Source: an uncultured Candidatus Rokubacteria bacterium
GTDB lineage: Bacteria; Methylomirabilota; Methylomirabilia; Rokubacteriales; CSP1-6
Length of the DNA stretch: 11,924 nt
NCBI GenBank assembly: GCA_963789955.1
Contig: CAWBMV010000025.1
Span: 1 to 11,924 of the forward strand
Reading direction: 5' to 3'
The notes beneath the pieces were generated by a model. That model did not search any database, was not told where the DNA came from, and saw nothing but the letters and a program-made list of their open reading frames with translations. Positions 7,042 through 11,924 of this stretch are shown here, in pieces. The position numbers and the translations under genes are program-made. Position 1 is the stretch's first letter. The number at the start of each line of letters is the position of its first letter.

Positions 7042-9086
7042 GGCTGGGCCTCTCGGCCGAAGCGCAGATTGCCGTATTCATCGACCTCACCGCGCCACCC
7101 TGGGGGAACGATCGTCGTCGCGCCGAACTCCTCGACGATGGCGGGGCCGCGGATGTTAGACCGCTCGGGAAGCCGCTCTCGCTCCCACACCGGACAGTTG
7201 TGCGGCGCTCCCTCGAACCACACCGGACGGCGCTCGACCAGCGCGCCGTCGAGCGAGGTTCCCGCGCTGCGGTGGCGTTCACTCGACGGCCTGGGGACGA
7301 GGCCGTAGGCTGTCAGTCGCGCGTTGACGAGCTCGATCGTGGCGCCCGGGCTCGAGTGCCCGTACGCGGCGAGGTGCTGGCGGTGGAACGCGCCCTCGAT
7401 CGTGTCGAGCGCCAGCGCGTTCACGCCCAAGTCGCCGACGGCCACGTTCAGCTCGAACGCCTGGCCCTGATAGCGCAGATCGAGCGAGCGGACGAGACGC
7501 TGCTCCTGCGCGGTGAAGCCTTCGAGGCTGAGCTGGTGCCGCGCGGAGCCCTCCATCTCGCCGAACAGCTCGACCGCGACCACGAGACGATCGCGCAGCG
7601 GGCCCACGCGTGTCCTGACGTCGTCGTGCTTGATCTGCGAGGCGAGGAGACCGAGCGCCGAGAAATTCCCGGGGTGGCGGGGCACGAGCACGCGCGGAAC
7701 GCCGATCTCCTGGGCCAGGGCGAGCGCGTGCATGGGCCCGGCGCCACCGAACGCGATCAGGGTGAAGTCTCGAGGATCATGCCCGCGCTGGATCGAGATC
7801 TCGCGGATCGCCGAGGTCATCCGCGCCACCGCGATCGTGACGACGCCTTCGGCAAGCGCCTCGACGGTCATCGACCGACCGAGTCGCCCGCCAAGATCGG
7901 CGAGGGCGCGACGCGCACCGGCCGCGTCGATGGCGATGCTGCCGCCCAGACGCTTCGTCGTCCCGATGCGGCCGAGCACGACGTTGGCGTCGGTCACGGT
8001 CGGCTCCGTGCCGCCGAGGCCGTACGCGACCGGGCCCGGCGAGGCACCGGCGCTACGCGGCCCCACCTGGAGGCTTCCGTCCACGTCGAGCCACGCGATC
8101 GAGCCGCCGCCCGCGCCGACGCTGTGCATGTCGAGCTGGGGGACCTTGACGGGAAAGGCGCCGAGCATGCCATCGGACGTCGTCAGCGGCGCCAGATCGC
8201 GCACGAGACACACGTCGGTCGAGGTGCCGCCCATGTCGTACGTAATGAAGTCGCGCACCCCGGCGACCTCGCCCGCGAAGCACGCCTGGCTCACGCCGCC
8301 GGCCGGGCCCGAGAAGATCGTCTTGATGGGCAGGCGCCGCGCCGTCTCCGTCGTCATCATGCCGCCGCTCGAGGCCACGGTGAGGACGCCGTGGGCATAA
8401 CCGGCGGACCGCAAACGCTCCTCGAGCCCGGCCAGATAGCCATCCATGATCGGCTGCAGGTACGCGTTGAGCACGGTCGTGGAGAAGCGTTCGAACTCAC
8501 GATACTCGGCGACGACATCGGCGGAGCACGACACGGGCAGTCTCGGGTAGCGCCCCTTCGCGAGATCGGCGACCGCACGCTCGTGGGCCGGATTCAGGTA
8601 CGCGTGGAGAAGACAGACGGCGAGTGCCGCGGCGCCCGAGGCCGCCGCGGCATCGAGCGCGCGCTCGACACTGGCCGGATCGAGCTCCACCAGCACGGCG
8701 CCGTCGGCCGCCAGGCGCTCGACGATCTCGAAGCGGTGCTTTCGCTCGACGACCGGCTTGGGGCGCACGAATGTCGGCACGAAGAGCGCCGGGATATTCC
8801 GCTTGGTGCGGCCGATCTCGATCAGGTCGCGAAAGCCGGCCGTCGTCAGAATCGCCACCCGCGCGCCGCGCCGCTCGAGCACCGCGTTGGTCCCGACGGT
8901 CGTGCCGTGGACGAGCCGGCGCACGTCACGCCCCGCGATGCCCAGCGCCTGGAGCCCCGAGAGAACGGCCGCGCTCTCGTCGCGCGGTTTCGACGGCACC
9001 TTGGTGACGACGACCTTACCGGTCGCTTCGTCGACCGCGGTCAGATCGGTGAACGTGCCGCCGACGTCGATCCCGACGATGAACAT
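7038..9086 (-). CDS. Hydantoinase A/oxoprolinase family protein (ATP-binding subunit)
   Basis: Likely start ATG 9086 (MFIVGIDVGGTFTD). Motifs HGTTVGTNAVLER, EYREFERFSTTVLNAY, SGPAGGV, DMGGTSTDV, GAGGGSIA, PTVTDAN, FGGAGPMHA. Confidence 0.94.
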   Translation of the reverse strand: MFIVGIDVGGTFTDLTAVDEATGKVVVTKVPSKPRDESAAVLSGLQALGIAGRDVRRLVHGTTVGTNAVLERRGARVAILTTAGFRDLIEIGRTKRNIPALFVPTFVRPKPVVERKHRFEIVERLAADGAVLVELDPASVERALDAAAASGAAALAVCLLHAYLNPAHERAVADLAKGRYPRLPVSCSADVVAEYREFERFSTTVLNAYLQPIMDGYLAGLEERLRSAGYAHGVLTVASSGGMMTTETARRLPIKTIFSGPAGGVSQACFAGEVAGVRDFITYDMGGTSTDVCLVRDLAPLTTSDGMLGAFPVKVPQLDMHSVGAGGGSIAWLDVDGSLQVGPRSAGASPGPVAYGLGGTEPTVTDANVVLGRIGTTKRLGGSIAIDAAGARRALADLGGRLGRSMTVEALAEGVVTIAVARMTSAIREISIQRGHDPRDFTLIAFGGAGPMHALALAQEIGVPRVLVPRHPGNFSALGLLASQIKHDDVRTRVGPLRDRLVVAVELFGEMEGSARHQLSLEGFTAQEQRLVRSLDLRYQGQAFELNVAVGDLGVNALALDTIEGAFHRQHLAAYGHSSPGATIELVNARLTAYGLVPRPSSERHRSAGTSLDGALVERRPVWFEGAPHNCPVWERERLPERSNIRGPAIVEEFGATTIVPPGWRGEVDEYGNLRFGREAQP

Positions 9087-9381
9087 GCGCGAGGCGTCTA
9101 CGAGAGTCTTTCGGGGTGGGAGCGTGCAAGTTCCATGGCGGCAGATCGTAACAGATCGTGACAACCTCGTGCGATGCGGTGAGGTCGTGTCCCGGTTCTG
9201 GTGGAAAAGAGAAATGGCGCATTCTTCCAGTTGGTGAAGTGCACGATCTGCCGGCCGCCCCGGCAGGCGTGGTGAGCGGACAGATCAAGTTGCGGCGAAT
9301 CGACGGGTGGCAGAAGATCGCTGTGGTGTTGCGTCAGCGCACGGAGGTGGCCGCATGATGCGAGGTGTGCTGTAGCGGTGC

Positions 9382-9440
9382 TTGTCAGTGTCGGCGTGAA
9401 CACCTATGCTTGCGACCGCAACGGCGAGAATAGGTCGCAA
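9382..9440 (+). promoter_or_regulatory. sigma70 promoter plus inverted repeat upstream of the peroxiredoxin operon
   Basis: TTGTCA (9382-9387)-N17-TATGCT (9405-9410). Inverted repeat TTGCGACC (9410-9417)-N15-GGTCGCAA (9433-9440). SD GGAGG at 9449-9453. Confidence 0.6.
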
Positions 9441-9458
9441 ACGGGGCTGGAGGCACAC

Positions 9459-10023
9459 ATGAGGGTCCTCAGCAGGCGAATGCTCAGTTGGGTTCTGTTG
9501 GGAACGGCACTGGCGGTCTCCTCGGTCCTCGGCGCTTCACGGCCGGCCGGGGCGGTGGAGGTGGGCGAGCCGGCGCCCCCCTTCACGCTGGCGAGCACCA
9601 CCGGTGGCGATATCTCCCTCAATGACTTTCGGGGTAAGAAGTGGGTCCTCCTCGAGTTCTACGGCGTTGACTTCGCTCCGACGTGAGCGGCGAACCTGTT
9701 GGCCAGGAAGGCCGACTACAAGCGATTCGAAGCCCTGGGGGTCCAGAACCTCGGTATCAGCGCCAACTTGACCTTCTCACAGCAGACGTTCGCCGAATCT
9801 TTGAAACTGCCGTACCCGCTGCTCAGCGACTTTCCCGACCGGAAGGTGATCCGCGCTTACGGGGTCCTCAACGAGAAGACAATGGCCGCGATTCGGGCCT
9901 TCTTTCTCATCGACCCGCAAGGCAACGATCCGCAAGAAGTGGATTATCGAGAACGACGAGACGACGGTTGTTTATGGCGACACCCTCCTGCCTGGTATCC
10001 AAGAGGCGATCGGCAAGCGCTAA
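9459..10023 (+). CDS. Exported peroxiredoxin (AhpC/TSA, BCP/AhpE-like) selenoprotein; Sec76 at TGA 9684-9686; +1 frameshift near 9924
   Basis: SD plus ATG 9459 and a signal peptide ending PAGA. Then VGEPAPPFTL...ISLNDFRGKKWVLLEFYGVDFAPT-TGA-AANLLARKADYKRFEALGVQNLGIS...LPYPLLSD...RAYGVL...RAFFLIDPQG, all in one frame across the TGA. The +1 frame supplies TIRKKWIIENDETTVVYGDTLLPGIQEAIGKR-TAA (10021-10023). Confidence 0.85.
9698..9716 (+). promoter_or_regulatory. Candidate bacterial SECIS element
   Basis: GTTGGCC-AGGAA-GGCCGAC forms a 7-bp stem (one G-U pair) with a 5-nt loop whose second base is G. 18 nt separate the UGA from the loop. Confidence 0.65.
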
Positions 10024-10049
10024 CTGTGATGCCGGGCCCCCCAGCGGCG

Positions 10050-10643
10050 ATGAGAGCATCGTCGCCCGCCTGGCTCGCCGCCCGGGCAGGGCTGCTCGCG
10101 TTAGGCTTGCTCGTCGCCGCCCTGGACGATGCCGCGAGCGCCGACCAGGCGACGCTGGCGTCTCTTCTCAAGACCCTCGACCTCTATAGCTATACCTCCC
10201 GCACGGCGATTCCCCAGTTCAGTGGCAGCACGCTCGACGCCCGGCAACTGTCAATGACGGAGCACCGGGGGACGGTCATTGTTCTGAACTTCTGGGCGAG
10301 CTGGTGTCTCGAGTGTCGCGCAGAGATGCCCGTGCTGGAGCGGCTCCAGCCCGAGTTCTCGTCGCGGGGACTCGCCATCATCGGGGTCAATGCCCGCGAG
10401 AGCAAGGAAGCAGTCGGGCGCTACGCCAAGGAGCTGGGCCTGACGTTCCCACTCGTGCTCGATCCGGACGGCAAGATCAATGCCCTGTACGGCGTCATCG
10501 CGCTTCCGACGACGTTCGTCGTCGGGCGGGATGGGCGCGCCGTCGCCTTTGCCATCGGACCTCGCCAGTGGGAGAGTGCGCCGGCCCGTGCGCTCATCGA
10601 AGCACTGCTAGCCGAGCCGGCCCCCGGTTCGGCCGCCCAATGA
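10050..10643 (+). CDS. TlpA/ResA family exported thioredoxin-like disulfide reductase
   Basis: Signal or anchor segment (GLLALGLLVAALDDAASA), then VIVLNFWASWCLECRAEMP, LTFPLVLD, LYGVIALPTTFVVGRDG and GPRQW. Alternative start ATG 10029. Confidence 0.88.
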   Translation: MRASSPAWLAARAGLLALGLLVAALDDAASADQATLASLLKTLDLYSYTSRTAIPQFSGSTLDARQLSMTEHRGTVIVLNFWASWCLECRAEMPVLERLQPEFSSRGLAIIGVNARESKEAVGRYAKELGLTFPLVLDPDGKINALYGVIALPTTFVVGRDGRAVAFAIGPRQWESAPARALIEALLAEPAPGSAAQ

Positions 10644-11620
10644 CGGCAGGCCGCGGCTTTCTGCTGGTGCTCGGAATCGTGGTCACGCTCGCAGGGCCAA
10701 CGGCCCGCCTGACCGAAGCGCAATCGCCTCGCCTGGTCAAGATCGGAGCGCTGACGGAGTCATGGGGGCCGACGCCACACATCGTCGGCCTCCGCGACGG
10801 TCTTCTGGAGCTTGGATACCGCGAGAACGAGAACTTCGTGATTGGGGTGCGCTTCACCCAGGGCAGCCTCGCCGAGCTCCCCGAGGCCGCCCGCGCCCTC
10901 GTCCGCAACGGCGTCGATCTCATCGTTGCCACTGAAAATGCGGCGACGGCCGCCCAGTTGGCAACGACCCGGATTCCGATCGTCTTTATGGGCGGAGGCG
11001 ACCCGGTTGGATCAGGGCTCGTGAAGAGCTTCGCGCGACCCGGTGGGAACATCACTGGAATCGCGGATCTCGAGCTCGAGCTCGTGCCGAAGCGCATGGA
11101 GATCTTTCGCGACCTCATCCCGGACCTGAAACGAGTTCTCTTCGTCTTCGACGCGGCAAACGCAGTCGCTCTCTCGAGACTGGGTGTGCACCGCGATGCC
11201 GCGCACCGCCTCGGCCTCAGGCTCGTCGAAAGACCGGTGCGGACAGAAGAGGAGGCTCGATCCGTGATCAGCACGACCAGGAAAAGCGAGGTGGACGGGA
11301 TCTTCTCGACCCGATTGCTGTCGCTCAATATCCCCGGGTCGATTCTCGAGATCGCCCCGAAGCGGACGATGCCGACCATGTTCGACGATGCGTTCTATGT
11401 AGAGCGGGGCGGGCTGGCGAGCTATGCGCCGAGCCTTTACGGATTCGGGCGCCAGGCCGCGCGCCTGGTGGACAGGATCCTCAAAGGCGCCCGGCCCGCT
11501 GATCTCCCTGTCGAGCAGCCGACGAAGTTCGAGCTGGTGGTCAACCTCAAGGCCGCGAAGGCGCTCGGCCTCACGATTCCTCAGTCCATGCTGTTGCGAG
11601 CGGATCGGTTCATCGAATGA
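10640..11620 (+). CDS. ABC transporter substrate-binding protein (ABC_sub_bind-type, periplasmic binding protein type 1)
   Basis: ATG 10640 overlaps the TlpA stop (ATGA). Signal peptide, then IPIVF...DPVGSGLVKSFARPGGNITG, GGLASY and VDRILKGARPADLPVEQPTKFELVVNLKAAKALGLTIPQSMLLRADRFIE. Confidence 0.92.
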   Translation: MTAGRGFLLVLGIVVTLAGPTARLTEAQSPRLVKIGALTESWGPTPHIVGLRDGLLELGYRENENFVIGVRFTQGSLAELPEAARALVRNGVDLIVATENAATAAQLATTRIPIVFMGGGDPVGSGLVKSFARPGGNITGIADLELELVPKRMEIFRDLIPDLKRVLFVFDAANAVALSRLGVHRDAAHRLGLRLVERPVRTEEEARSVISTTRKSEVDGIFSTRLLSLNIPGSILEIAPKRTMPTMFDDAFYVERGGLASYAPSLYGFGRQAARLVDRILKGARPADLPVEQPTKFELVVNLKAAKALGLTIPQSMLLRADRFIE

Positions 11621-11748
11621 TGATGGGCGACGCAACGATGTGAGCCGGGCGGATTGCCGGAAGCTGCGTGCCGGCATTTTCCACATAATGCGGGACACCA
11701 CCCGCGGTGACTCTGCGGAACTACTGCGAAACTGTCAGAGACAGATCG

Positions 11749-11922
11749 TCATGCGGCGCTCGGTTTCACTCGTCTACGCAACACTCTGAAGACGACGAGC
11801 CCCAGTATCCCGAGTGCCAGGGCCACGCCGAGGGGTAAGAACGGCCGCCACGTCGTGCGCCCCTCGGCAGACACGGTACTCACCGGGGGCGGTTGAATTA
11901 TTACCGGAGCGCCGGACGGGTG
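11749..11922 (-). CDS. 3' end of a membrane-anchored protein (runs off the window)
   Basis: Open frame ...HPSGAPVIIQPPPVSTVSAEGRTTWRPFLPLGVALALGILGLVVFRVLRRRVKPSAA-TGA: Pro-rich linker, one TM helix and a basic tail. Confidence 0.6.
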   Translation of the reverse strand, partial: HPSGAPVIIQPPPVSTVSAEGRTTWRPFLPLGVALALGILGLVVFRVLRRRVKPSAA

Positions 11923-11924
11923 GC

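Noticed and set aside
5548..9161. Long plus-strand ORFs (586 aa, 653 aa, 295 aa) antisense to hydantoinase A/B, and similar Arg/Ala/Pro-rich ORFs elsewhere
   Set aside because: These are typical high-GC antisense or alternate-frame shadows with no recognisable motifs.
9087..9164. Upstream start for hydantoinase A at 9164
   Set aside because: Family homology begins at MFIVGIDVGGTFTD (ATG 9086), and the extension overlaps the putative regulatory repeats.
9121..9230. Possible sigma54 promoters (minus-strand TGGAACTTGCA; plus-strand TGGCGCATTCTTCC)
   Set aside because: The required GG-N10-GC spacing is not met.
9378..9686. ORF-track 102-aa protein as a complete gene or pseudogene fragment
   Set aside because: The SD supports ATG 9459, and the stop falls on the catalytic position with in-frame Prx homology continuing, which selenocysteine explains better.
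10304..10639. N-terminal extension of the 438-aa ORF
   Set aside because: It is an off-frame shadow of TlpA. The binding protein starts at ATG 10640 with a signal peptide.
1..11924. CRISPR array, tRNA (including selC), rRNA, transposase or integrase
   Set aside because: I saw no regularly spaced repeat-spacer units, cloverleaf or recombinase motifs by eye. A covariance-model search was not possible.

Overview
High-GC bacterial chromosomal window; the gene content resembles Ca. Rokubacteria/Methylomirabilota soil genomes (inference). Left to right: two small secreted-type proteins (one missed by the ORF track); a Rieske oxygenase alpha subunit; a minus-strand block of an acyl-CoA-dehydrogenase-fold flavin monooxygenase, a TauD/TfdA dioxygenase, a Phd/YefM-PIN (vapBC-type) toxin-antitoxin pair and hydantoinase/oxoprolinase A+B; then a divergent three-gene plus-strand operon and the 3' end of a membrane-anchored protein. 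The main result is in that operon. The ORF-track entries 9378..9686 and the first part of 9699..10643 appear to be one signal-peptide-bearing peroxiredoxin. Its catalytic Cys position is an in-frame TGA (9684-9686) followed by a SECIS-like hairpin, so it is a probable exported selenoprotein with no Cys. It lies just upstream of an exported TlpA/ResA-like CxxC thioredoxin and an orphan ABC substrate-binding protein. At least seven apparent small frameshifts break three otherwise intact genes, so the assembly is probably indel-prone and frame-level claims should be checked against reads.
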